64,000 nucleotides of DNA from an uncultured Ruminococcus sp. Lineage in GTDB: Bacteria > Bacillota > Clostridia > Oscillospirales > Acutalibacteraceae. The stretch spans positions 9,846 through 73,845 of the forward strand of contig CAZVSE010000001.1 in NCBI GenBank assembly GCA_964629445.1. Direction: 5' to 3'. This document shows, one piece after another, positions 54,653 to 64,000 of the stretch. Numbering within the stretch: the first letter of the stretch is position 1; each line of letters begins with the position of its first letter. The notes beneath the pieces are model-generated. The model was not told the DNA's origin, did not search any database, and saw only the letters and a list, made by a program, of their open reading frames with translations. Position numbers and translations under genes: made by a program.

Positions 54653-55612
54653 ATGATGCAATATGGTTGGAATGCCACTGTTCTGAGCGGCGTTTTTGCC
54701 CTGCCGCAGGCGGTGGCGGACAACTGTTTGTCGCTCGCAAACGCGGAGCAGCTGCGGGTACTGCTTTGGTTCTCCCGCCATCAGCCGCAGTGGGATGCCG
54801 CCGCCTGCGCCGCGCAGGTAGGGCTGTCCGCCGACGAGTGCGAGGGCTGTCTGCGGTTTTGGGTGGATAAGGGCATCCTCGCGACCGCCAACAGCGCGGA
54901 TCTGCCCGCCGCGCCCCTGCCGCAGACGCGACCTGCGGCGGTCAAGCCTCTAGTCAAAGAGGTGCTCCAATATCAAAAACAGCATCCCGAATTTTCTACG
55001 CTGGTGGATGCCGCCTCTGCCCGTCTCGGTAAGGCGATCGGGCACGGCGATACCGCCACCCTGTTGTATCTGCACGACACCGTCGGCCTGCCGATGGAGG
55101 TCATCTTGATGGAGATCGCCTACGCAGTGTCCATCGGCAAGGGCAATATGCGATATGTCGAAAAACTTGCCCTCGACTGGTGCGACCGCGACATCGCGAC
55201 CATCAGCGCCGTTGAGGAACACATCCGCCATCTTGACAGCTGCCGCCAGTCGGGCGTAACGGTCGAGAAACTACTCGGCGCGCCCCGCCCGCTGGGATTA
55301 ACACAGCAGGAAATGGCGGAAAAGTGGATCAACCAATGGAAGTTCAGCCACAAAATGCTGCTCAAAGCGGCGGATATCACCCATAACAAGATCGAGAAAA
55401 TAACCCCGTCTTTTTATTCCTATATGGATAAGGTCCTCGAACGGTGGTTTGCCGAGGGTATCGACCGCCCCGACAAGATCCCCGCCGAAAAGCCCGCCAA
55501 GAAAAAAGGTGTCGCCGCCACCAACCCCGAAAAGAGCAGTCTGCATCTCGACGAGTTTGAGAAAGATCTGCTGCGGTATCGCCCGAAATTCAAGACACCG
55601 GACAAAAAATAA
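54653..55612 (+). CDS. DnaD-domain replication initiation protein (Bacillus DnaB/DnaD-like)
   Basis: Two DnaD-like repeats (LLYLHDTVGLPMEVILMEIAYAV...YVEKLALDW and FYSYMDKVLERWFAEGI). Precedes dnaI as in Bacillus. ATG at 54653 after AAAGGAGGA. Confidence 0.75.
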   Translation: MMQYGWNATVLSGVFALPQAVADNCLSLANAEQLRVLLWFSRHQPQWDAAACAAQVGLSADECEGCLRFWVDKGILATANSADLPAAPLPQTRPAAVKPLVKEVLQYQKQHPEFSTLVDAASARLGKAIGHGDTATLLYLHDTVGLPMEVILMEIAYAVSIGKGNMRYVEKLALDWCDRDIATISAVEEHIRHLDSCRQSGVTVEKLLGAPRPLGLTQQEMAEKWINQWKFSHKMLLKAADITHNKIEKITPSFYSYMDKVLERWFAEGIDRPDKIPAEKPAKKKGVAATNPEKSSLHLDEFEKDLLRYRPKFKTPDKK

Positions 55613-55630
55613 CCACAGGAGGCAATTTCT

Positions 55631-56611
55631 ATGGCCTACGATCCGCAAGTGGTGCAGGCCGCCCGCGAACGGCTGGGGCAACGCCGCCAGCAGGCGACCG
55701 ACAACGCCGCGGCACTGCGCACCCGTCTATACACACAGCTCCCTCGTATCAAGGAGATCGAGCAGGAGCTGACCACCGCCCTGCCCGAGGTCACCCGCGC
55801 CATTCTCGCGAGCGACGACACGGCAGTCGCGCGTATCCGCCAGAACAACCTGCGCTTGCAGGAGGAGCTCGCCGCCCTCCTGCACAAGGCGGGCTATCAG
55901 CAGAACAGCCTCGAGCCGCAGTACACCTGCCCGCGCTGTGAGGACACCGGCTATGCCGACGGCAAGGTCTGTGACTGCTATCAGCAGCTGTTGCGCGAGG
56001 AAGCTTGCCGCCGTCTGTCCAACCTGTCGGCGATGAAACTGACCGACTTTGACGAGATGTCACCCTTTTATTACAGCGATAAGGTCAACCCACAGCTCGG
56101 TATTTCTCCCCGCGAACAGATGCAGGACATCATCGGCTACTGCCGCGACTATGCCCGCGCATTCACCCCGAACGCACCGAGCCTGCTGCTGCAGGGCGCA
56201 ACAGGGACGGGCAAGACCCATCTCTCTCTCTCCATCGCCAAACAGGTGACCGAGCAAGGCTACAACGTAGTCTACGGCTCCATCCAGCCGCTTCTGCGCA
56301 AGCTCGAGAGCGAGCATTTCGGGCGCGCCGAGGGGGACAGCGAGGCTCAGCTCATCAGCTGTGACCTGCTCATCCTCGACGACCTCGGGATGGAGTTTGA
56401 CAGCCCCTTTAATCGGGTTTGCCTTTACAACGTCCTCAACTCCCGTTTGTTGGAGGATAAACCCACCATCATCAGCACCAACCTCAGCCACTCCGCCATC
56501 GCCGAGCGGTACGGCGACCAGATCGCCAGCCGCATCACCGGCGGTTTCGAGCCGCTTATGTGCGTCGGCGAGGATATCCGCCAGCTTATCCGCCGACGCA
56601 AAATGCTTTAA
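55631..56611 (+). CDS. dnaI: Helicase loader (DnaI/DnaC family AAA+)
   Basis: Zinc motif CPRCEDTGY...CDC, Walker A GATGTGKTHL, Walker B LLILDDLG. Confidence 0.85.
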   Translation: MAYDPQVVQAARERLGQRRQQATDNAAALRTRLYTQLPRIKEIEQELTTALPEVTRAILASDDTAVARIRQNNLRLQEELAALLHKAGYQQNSLEPQYTCPRCEDTGYADGKVCDCYQQLLREEACRRLSNLSAMKLTDFDEMSPFYYSDKVNPQLGISPREQMQDIIGYCRDYARAFTPNAPSLLLQGATGTGKTHLSLSIAKQVTEQGYNVVYGSIQPLLRKLESEHFGRAEGDSEAQLISCDLLILDDLGMEFDSPFNRVCLYNVLNSRLLEDKPTIISTNLSHSAIAERYGDQIASRITGGFEPLMCVGEDIRQLIRRRKML

Positions 56612-56638
56612 CCCGTCACATAACAGGAGGTTTTCTTT

Positions 56639-58330
56639 ATGGCTAAAATCTGTTTAGGCTGCTTAAACCCGCTGCCGGACGCGGACGAGGTCTGCCGCAT
56701 CTGCGGTTACTCCGCGGACGCGAAAAACCCCGCTCTCGCTCTCAAACTCGAGACCGAGCTACAGGAGCACTATGTCGTCGGTCGGCTGGTACACGAGGGT
56801 AGCGACAGCCTATTCTATCTCGGCTACGACAAGACACTCAAAGAGCCCTGCTTCATTCAGGAGTTCTTCCCGTCCACCCTCTGCGAACGGCAGGAGGACG
56901 GACAGATCCTGCCGCTGGGCGGCTGCGAAAACACCTACACCGACTACCGGCAGCAGTTCCACACGCTGATGCGCGGACTGGCGCGGGCAAAGGATCTGCC
57001 GAGCGTTATCCCGATCTACGATATTTTTGAAGAGAACGGCACCTGCTATGCGGTGTCCGACTATTGCGCGGGCGAAACACTCACCAAGAAGATCGAGCGC
57101 GCCGGCGGACGCATCCCATGGCAGGAAGCACGCCCGCTGTTTATGTCGCTGACCTCCGGTGTGCAGCAGCTCGCGAGCGCGGGTATTCAGCACCTCGCCA
57201 TCTGCCCCGACAACATCCTCGTCAGCGAGGACGGCAAGCCGCATCTGCGCGGCTTCTCCGTCACCGCCGCCCGTCAGGTCGGCAGCGACCTGCAGCCCCG
57301 TCTGGCGACCGGCTATGCCGCACCCGAACAATATCAGTTCGACGGTCACATCAGCGAGGCGACCGAGGTCTATGGTCTCGCCGCGACCCTCTTCCGCACC
57401 GTGACGGGCAACGAACCGCCCGCCGGCAACAACCGCGCAGATGACTCCGACGACCTGTTTATGTCGGCGGAGATCGCCGATGAACTCACCCAGCAGGCGT
57501 GTATCGCGCTGTTCAATGCTCTGCAGGTCAACCCTGACGATCGTACCGCGAGCGTGGCGAAATTCCGCCAGCAGCTGTCGCTCGAACCGAACGTGTCTGC
57601 CCTGCTCGACGAGGACGCCGAACCGACACCCACCAAAAAAGGAAAACGGATGAGCGCTCCGCTCATCATCTTCTTTGTGGTACTCGCGGCACTGCTCGTG
57701 GCGCTCGGTGTCGTCCTGCTGCTGCTCAAGGACAGCGGCGGCAACGATGTCAGTGAACCCGCCGCCAGCCTTCCCGAATACGTCACCACCACCACCACGA
57801 CCAAAGCACCGGTCAAATACGCGATTCCCGAACTGGTTGGACAGAACTACTACGACATCTACGATGACAAGACCAACGGCGAATTTGTCATTGAGATCAA
57901 ACAGAAGGAATACAGCGATCAGGAGGCCGGTGTCATCCTCTCGCAGGAGCCCGAGCCCGGCACCAGCGTCGACAAGGGCGCGACCATCACCGTCGTCGTC
58001 AGCCTCGGCAAGGATGACTCCCTCATTGTACCGAACGTCTCCAACTGGGAGGAAAACCAAGCGAAGCTGTATCTCGAAGCTCTCGGCTTCCGCGTGCAGA
58101 TCGACAAGCTGTATGTGTCGAATAAGCCCTACGGCTACGTCGAAGACACCGACCCGCCGGCGGAAACCGCCAAGAAAAAAGGCGACCTCATCACCCTGCG
58201 TGTCAGCTATGTCGAGGACACGAGCGAAAGCGCCGACCCCGACGAGGGTGAACCCGCCGTCAGCGACGATCCAACCGTCTCGGAAGAGTCCACGGACGAC
58301 AACACTGTCGATGTCGGTGAATTGTTCTGA
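56639..58330 (+). CDS. Membrane protein: zinc ribbon + degenerate Ser/Thr-kinase-like domain + TM + two PASTA domains
   Basis: CLGC-x13-CRIC. The kinase fold is recognisable (GYAAPEQ, ICPDNILV), but HRDxKxxN reads HLAICPDN, VAIK reads CFIQ and DFG reads RGF. TM is APLIIFFVVLAALLVALGVVLLLL. PASTA-like segments are IPELVGQNY...ITVVVSLG and VPNVSNWEE...ITLRVSY. Confidence 0.75.
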   Translation: MAKICLGCLNPLPDADEVCRICGYSADAKNPALALKLETELQEHYVVGRLVHEGSDSLFYLGYDKTLKEPCFIQEFFPSTLCERQEDGQILPLGGCENTYTDYRQQFHTLMRGLARAKDLPSVIPIYDIFEENGTCYAVSDYCAGETLTKKIERAGGRIPWQEARPLFMSLTSGVQQLASAGIQHLAICPDNILVSEDGKPHLRGFSVTAARQVGSDLQPRLATGYAAPEQYQFDGHISEATEVYGLAATLFRTVTGNEPPAGNNRADDSDDLFMSAEIADELTQQACIALFNALQVNPDDRTASVAKFRQQLSLEPNVSALLDEDAEPTPTKKGKRMSAPLIIFFVVLAALLVALGVVLLLLKDSGGNDVSEPAASLPEYVTTTTTTKAPVKYAIPELVGQNYYDIYDDKTNGEFVIEIKQKEYSDQEAGVILSQEPEPGTSVDKGATITVVVSLGKDDSLIVPNVSNWEENQAKLYLEALGFRVQIDKLYVSNKPYGYVEDTDPPAETAKKKGDLITLRVSYVEDTSESADPDEGEPAVSDDPTVSEESTDDNTVDVGELF

Positions 58331-58340
58331 TCATTACGCA

Positions 58341-58385
58341 AAAACCGACCGCGTGAACAACCTGTTCACGCGGTCGGTTTTTTGT
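58341..58385. terminator. Bidirectional terminator
   Basis: AAACCGACCGCGTGAACA-acc-TGTTCACGCGGTCGGTTT, an 18-bp stem with T-run on plus and A-run before. Confidence 0.85.
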
Positions 58386-58409
58386 TAAGGTAGAGTGAGA
58401 TATCCTATC

Positions 58410-58655
58410 TTATTTATCTCCGTAGAGATTCATTCGAAACAACGCGGATTCCTCGTCCTTATCCGAGCAGATGACCGTCGCCTCCTCGATCGTGCCCTGC
58501 GCGATCGCTCCCGACAGCACCAGCAGTTGGGTCAGGCGGCTCTTTAAGTTGAGCACATCACCCTCGTTGGTTTTGAGGAATACCTCACCCTTCGTCGTCG
58601 CGGCAAACTCCATCAGCTTGTTGAAATCAAAATCATGGATCTGTACGCCTTCCAT
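58410..58655 (-). CDS. Small HPr-like protein (81 aa, putative)
   Basis: By eye it aligns to HPr: QIHDFDF vs GIHARPA (His15 region) and VLNLKSRL vs VNLKSIM (Ser46 region), with C-terminal DKDEESAL vs G.DE..A. RBS GGGAGGA. Family call is tentative. Confidence 0.45.
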   Translation of the reverse strand: MEGVQIHDFDFNKLMEFAATTKGEVFLKTNEGDVLNLKSRLTQLLVLSGAIAQGTIEEATVICSDKDEESALFRMNLYGDK

Positions 58656-58768
58656 TTGTTTTTCCTCCCATCATTCATTTCTAATAAGGATAGTATAGCA
58701 GATTTTGGCGCAAGATACAACCGATAAACAGAATTTTTTCGGATTTACAAAGAATTCACAAATGCCTA

Positions 58769-58797
58769 TTGACAGTTTGACAAAAGCGTGGTAAACT
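58769..58797 (+). promoter_or_regulatory. Promoter of the hrcA-grpE-dnaK-dnaJ operon
   Basis: TTGACA (58769-58774), 17 nt, TGg-TAAACT (58789-58797). Confidence 0.7.
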
Positions 58798-58801
58798 AAC
58801 A

Positions 58802-58828
58802 TTAGCACTCGAGAGGTAGGAGTGCTAA
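58802..58828 (+). promoter_or_regulatory. CIRCE operator (HrcA binding site)
   Basis: TTAGCACTC-gagaggtag-GAGTGCTAA, a perfect consensus inverted repeat with 9-nt spacer. An extra GAGTGCTAA half-site lies at 58843-58851. Confidence 0.95.
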
Positions 58829-58884
58829 TTCTCACGAATAACGAGTGCTAATATCACATATACTACGAACAAGGAGGGGACACC

Positions 58885-59934
58885 GTGGAATTGGACGAAC
58901 GCAAATCCCGCATCCTCAAAGCGATCGTGGAGTCCTATATCGCCATCGGCGAGCCAATTGGCTCAAAAGCGTTGGCGGAAATGTTTGATCACTGCGTTTC
59001 CTCCGCCACCATCCGCAACGATATGACGGTACTCACCTCCGCCGGCTATCTCGAGCAGCCACACACCTCCGCCGGTCGTCTGCCGACCGCCAAGGCGTTT
59101 GCGCTGTATGTTGAGCGCCTGATGGAAAAGCGGACGCTCCCTTGGCAGGATGTGCAGCTCATCGACGAGATGCTCGGCGGCGCTTCAGGCGACGCGACAC
59201 GCCTGCTCGAGGACACCTGCCGCGCCCTCGCGGACATCACGGGGCTGGCGGCGGTCGCCACCCGTCCCGACGAGGTCGGCTCCTGCATTAGCCGCATTGA
59301 CGTGCTGCAGATGTCGCCCCGCAATATGGCGGTGGTGTTGGCATTGGACAACGGGTTTCTCCGCACGCGGATGTGCCGCTGTCAGCGGGATATCCCCAGT
59401 AAAGTCACCGTCGCGTTGGCAGACTATATGTGCCACCGCTTCCTCAACAAACCACTTGACGCCATCACCGTTCCCGCAATGCAGGAGATCATCCTCGAAC
59501 TCGGGGAACTCGGGCTTGCGGTCGCGCCGATCCTCTCGGCGTTCTATGAGCTGGTGCAGGAATGTGCAGACAGCAAGACGGTGTTGGCAGGACAGCTCAA
59601 CCTGCTGCGACACCGCGCTTACACACCCGATCGCGCGAAAGAACTGATGAGCCTGCTCACCGAACGCGAACGCATCGGCGAGCTTATCGCCGAAAGGGCG
59701 ACCGGCGGTATGCAGGTCATCTTCGGCGACGAACGTGTCCCCGCGCTCGACGGCTCATGCCTGATCATCATCCCTTACGCCCTCGGCGATCGCGGGCAAG
59801 GCACGATCGGCATCGTCGGCCCGATGGGCATGGACTATGCCGACATCATCCCCCGCATTGAGTATTTTGCCCGCGCCGTCGGGCGGGTGCTCGCCGATCT
59901 ATTCGAAGAAAGCGCCGCGCTGGATATGCGCTGA
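58885..59934 (+). CDS. hrcA: Heat-inducible transcription repressor
   Basis: LDERKSRILKAIVESYIAIGEPIGSKAL. GTG start at 58885 after AAGGAGGGG. CIRCE upstream. Confidence 0.95.
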   Translation: MELDERKSRILKAIVESYIAIGEPIGSKALAEMFDHCVSSATIRNDMTVLTSAGYLEQPHTSAGRLPTAKAFALYVERLMEKRTLPWQDVQLIDEMLGGASGDATRLLEDTCRALADITGLAAVATRPDEVGSCISRIDVLQMSPRNMAVVLALDNGFLRTRMCRCQRDIPSKVTVALADYMCHRFLNKPLDAITVPAMQEIILELGELGLAVAPILSAFYELVQECADSKTVLAGQLNLLRHRAYTPDRAKELMSLLTERERIGELIAERATGGMQVIFGDERVPALDGSCLIIIPYALGDRGQGTIGIVGPMGMDYADIIPRIEYFARAVGRVLADLFEESAALDMR

Positions 59935-59996
59935 CAACCGTCTATATCCTATAAACTATACCCTAATACCTATCACCTATCTTAGGAGGCATTCCC

Positions 59997-60548
59997 GTGG
60001 AAAACGAAAAGACTACCCCGACACAAGAAACCGTCGAAACGGAAGCGACCGCTCCCGAACAGCCGAAAGACGAAAAAAAGGCCCGCAAGCCCTCCAAAAC
60101 CGCCGAGCTTGAAGCAAAGCTCGACGCGATGCAAAAGGAATTGGAGGCGTCCCGCGATCAGTATCAGCGGATGCTGGCGGAGTACGCCAACTACAAACGC
60201 CGCACCGAGCAGGAAAAACTACAGATCGGTGCGTTCACCAAGGCAGAGATCCTCGCGGGGCTGCTCACCAGTGTGGACAATATGGAAAAGGCACTCGTCT
60301 CCGAGGATGGCGACAACTATAAAGCGGGCGTGGATCTGGTGATGCGCCAGTTCATCGATGCCCTGCACGCCCTCGGGCTCGAGAAGATCGAGGCACTGAA
60401 CGCCCCCTTCGACCCCAACGTCCACAACGCCGTGATGCGGGAGGACGCCGACGGCATTGAGCCCGAGACCGTCACCGCTGTATTTCAGGAAGGCTACAAG
60501 GTCGGCGACCGCGTCCTGCGACCCGCCATGGTCAAAGTAGCAAATTAA
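59997..60548 (+). CDS. grpE: Nucleotide exchange factor GrpE
   Basis: RMLAEYANYKRRTEQE, FDPNVHNAV, LRPAMVKV. GTG start after TAGGAGG. Confidence 0.95.
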   Translation: MENEKTTPTQETVETEATAPEQPKDEKKARKPSKTAELEAKLDAMQKELEASRDQYQRMLAEYANYKRRTEQEKLQIGAFTKAEILAGLLTSVDNMEKALVSEDGDNYKAGVDLVMRQFIDALHALGLEKIEALNAPFDPNVHNAVMREDADGIEPETVTAVFQEGYKVGDRVLRPAMVKVAN

Positions 60549-60622
60549 GGCTAATAAGGAACCATCCTTTTAGATAAACAAACCGTATAGTTAATGTAAA
60601 GAATTACTGGAGGTAATGTATT

Positions 60623-62452
<1,830 letters not shown>

Positions 62453-62621
62453 TGCAGTGGCGCGGCAACGCCACACTCATCTAACCGTTAATGTATCGCC
62501 ACTGTGCGAGAATGGAATTTGCCATTCTTGCGAGTTTAATAGCAAAAACAATCGGTAACACGTCACCGCCCCGCGGATCGCGGGGCGGTGGTCGCGGTTT
62601 AGCGTGACAGGAGGATTCCCC

Positions 62622-63776
62622 ATGGCAGATAAGCGCGACTTCTATGAAGTCCTCGGCTTGCAAAAAGGCGCATCGGATGACGAGATCAAAAAAGCCTACC
62701 GCAAGCTTGCCAAACAATATCACCCCGACCTCAACCCCGGGGATAAGGAAGCCGAAGCACACTTCAAAGAGGTGGGCGAGGCTTATGAGGTGCTGTCCGA
62801 CAGCGAGAAGAAAGCGCGCTACGACCAATTTGGTCACGCGGGCGTCGATCCCAACTTCGGCGGCGGCTACGGCCCCGGCGGCGCAGGGGTGGATTTTGGC
62901 GACATCGGCGACATCTTCTCTTCGATCTTCGGCGGCGGATTCGGCGGGGGCTTCGGCGGCAGCAGTCGCCGTGCCAACCCCAACGCGCCCCGACGCGGCA
63001 GTGATGCCGCTGCCTCGGTCATCATCTCCTTCGATGAAGCCGCCAAGGGCTGTAAGAAGAAGATCGGTGTTCAGCGCATTGCGACCTGCCCCGACTGTGC
63101 AGGCAGCGGCGCGAAGGCAGGCACCAGCCCGAAATCCTGCCCCCAGTGTGGCGGCAGCGGTTATGAGACCCGTCAGCAGCGCACCCCCTTCGGTGTGATG
63201 CAGACACAAGCACCATGCTCACGTTGTCAGGGCAAGGGGCGCATCATTGAAAGCCCCTGCACCTCCTGCGGCGGGCAAGGGCGCATCCGCAAGACCGAGC
63301 AGGTCGGGGTCAACATACCCGCCGGCATCGACGACGGACAGGTCATCAACATCCCCGGCAAAGGCAACGCCGGCACAAACGGCGGACCTGCGGGCGATCT
63401 GCAGATCCAGGTAACGGTGCGCCCGCACCCCTTGTTCGAGCGCGACGGATTTAACATCTGGTACGAACTGCCCATCACCTACGCGCAGGCGGCGCTCGGC
63501 GCCGAGATCGACATCCCCACACTTGACGGACGCATCAGCTACGAGATCAAGGACGGCACGCAACCGGGCGATGTGTTGCGCGTGCGCGGCAAAGGTATCC
63601 CCTATCTCAACGGGCGCGGCACGGGCGATCTGCTGCTTAAGGTGGTCGTAGAAGTGCCGAAAAACCTCTCAAAGGAGCAGAAAAAGCTCCTGCGTGCGTT
63701 CGAGGAAGCGACCGACGACAAAAACTATCAAAAGCGCAAAAGCTTCTTTGACAAGATCAAAAAGGGCTTTCAGTAA
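62622..63776 (+). CDS. dnaJ: Molecular chaperone DnaJ
   Basis: J-domain (DFYEVLG...HPD), G/F region, four CxxCxGxG zinc motifs. ATG at 62622 after CAGGAGGA. Confidence 0.98.
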   Translation: MADKRDFYEVLGLQKGASDDEIKKAYRKLAKQYHPDLNPGDKEAEAHFKEVGEAYEVLSDSEKKARYDQFGHAGVDPNFGGGYGPGGAGVDFGDIGDIFSSIFGGGFGGGFGGSSRRANPNAPRRGSDAAASVIISFDEAAKGCKKKIGVQRIATCPDCAGSGAKAGTSPKSCPQCGGSGYETRQQRTPFGVMQTQAPCSRCQGKGRIIESPCTSCGGQGRIRKTEQVGVNIPAGIDDGQVINIPGKGNAGTNGGPAGDLQIQVTVRPHPLFERDGFNIWYELPITYAQAALGAEIDIPTLDGRISYEIKDGTQPGDVLRVRGKGIPYLNGRGTGDLLLKVVVEVPKNLSKEQKKLLRAFEEATDDKNYQKRKSFFDKIKKGFQ

Positions 63777-63793
63777 ACCGACAAACCAACAGC

Positions 63794-63828
63794 AAAAGCG
63801 CCGACTCATACGAGTCGGCGCTTTTTAT
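63794..63828 (+). terminator. Intrinsic terminator after dnaJ
   Basis: AAAAGCGCCGACTC-atac-GAGTCGGCGCTTTT plus T-run. Confidence 0.9.
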
Positions 63829-63871
63829 TGTACCGTCCTATCGGCGTGAAGCACGCGCAAATACACGGATT

Positions 63872-64000
63872 TTATTCTTTTTTAGCCGATTTGCGCAACT
63901 TCGCTTTTACCTTCTTGAAAATCGTCGCGAGCAGATTGCGATTAAGATAAATGCCCACCGAGAAACCAAAAACGAAATTGATGATATCCAGTACCGTATA
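63872..64000 (-). CDS. 3' end of a gene running off the window (membrane-protein C-terminus)
   Basis: Minus frame ...YTVLDIINFVFGFSVGIYLNRNLLATIFKKVKAKLRKSAKKE-stop (TAA at 63874-63872). Partial, product unknown. Confidence 0.4.
   Translation of the reverse strand, partial: YTVLDIINFVFGFSVGIYLNRNLLATIFKKVKAKLRKSAKKE

Noticed and set aside
62453-62621. Structured dnaK-dnaJ spacer as a separate ncRNA
   Set aside because: It has three hairpins (62456-62474, 62509-62528, 62563-62590), but there is no promoter, and the last stem lacks a U-run. It is most simply an intra-operon processing or attenuation region.

Overview
GC-rich chromosomal segment that reads like a Clostridia (Oscillospirales-like) genome; the taxon is my inference from gene content and style. 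All family calls come from motifs read by eye, with no database search. I recognise about 60 protein genes, most of them housekeeping. On the left are queA, asd-dapA-dapB and trmB. A long minus-strand run follows: clpC-like, pgsA, cvpA-like, truA, ecfT-ecfA2-ecfA1, a methyltransferase, ruvB, an M23/LysM peptidase and luxS. The middle holds folT-folC behind a THF riboswitch, a cation antiporter, a peptidase, a DHH phosphoesterase, split transketolase, rny and a NitT/TauT-type ABC importer. On the right are thiT behind a TPP riboswitch, dnaD-like/dnaI, and hrcA-grpE-dnaK-dnaJ with a CIRCE operator. Accessory-looking parts are: (i) a small surface protein with a class B sortase and an LCP ligase; (ii) a LysR-controlled three-enzyme block (Ldh_2 / NAD-binding / PrpD family) whose codon usage differs from its neighbours; (iii) a consensus-promoter operon pairing an FMN/FeS/FAD ene-reductase with a split aconitase X; (iv) an orphan sdpR-sdpI pair; (v) a 7-gene glycopolymer cluster (GT2, GT4, DUF4422, Wzy-like, Wzx, LicD, Wzz fused to a degenerate BY-kinase domain); (vi) three small XRE regulators, each next to GC-rich GTAGGG...CCCTAC hairpin repeats. 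I saw no rRNA, tRNA, CRISPR array, transposase or integrase. The many long ORFs antisense to real genes are typical high-GC shadows and were rejected. The most promising uncharacterised candidates are the ene-reductase/AcnX operon, the LysR island, a PASTA pseudokinase, a Clp ATPase with a zinc-ribbon N-terminus, and the sortase B locus with an APSTG sorting signal.
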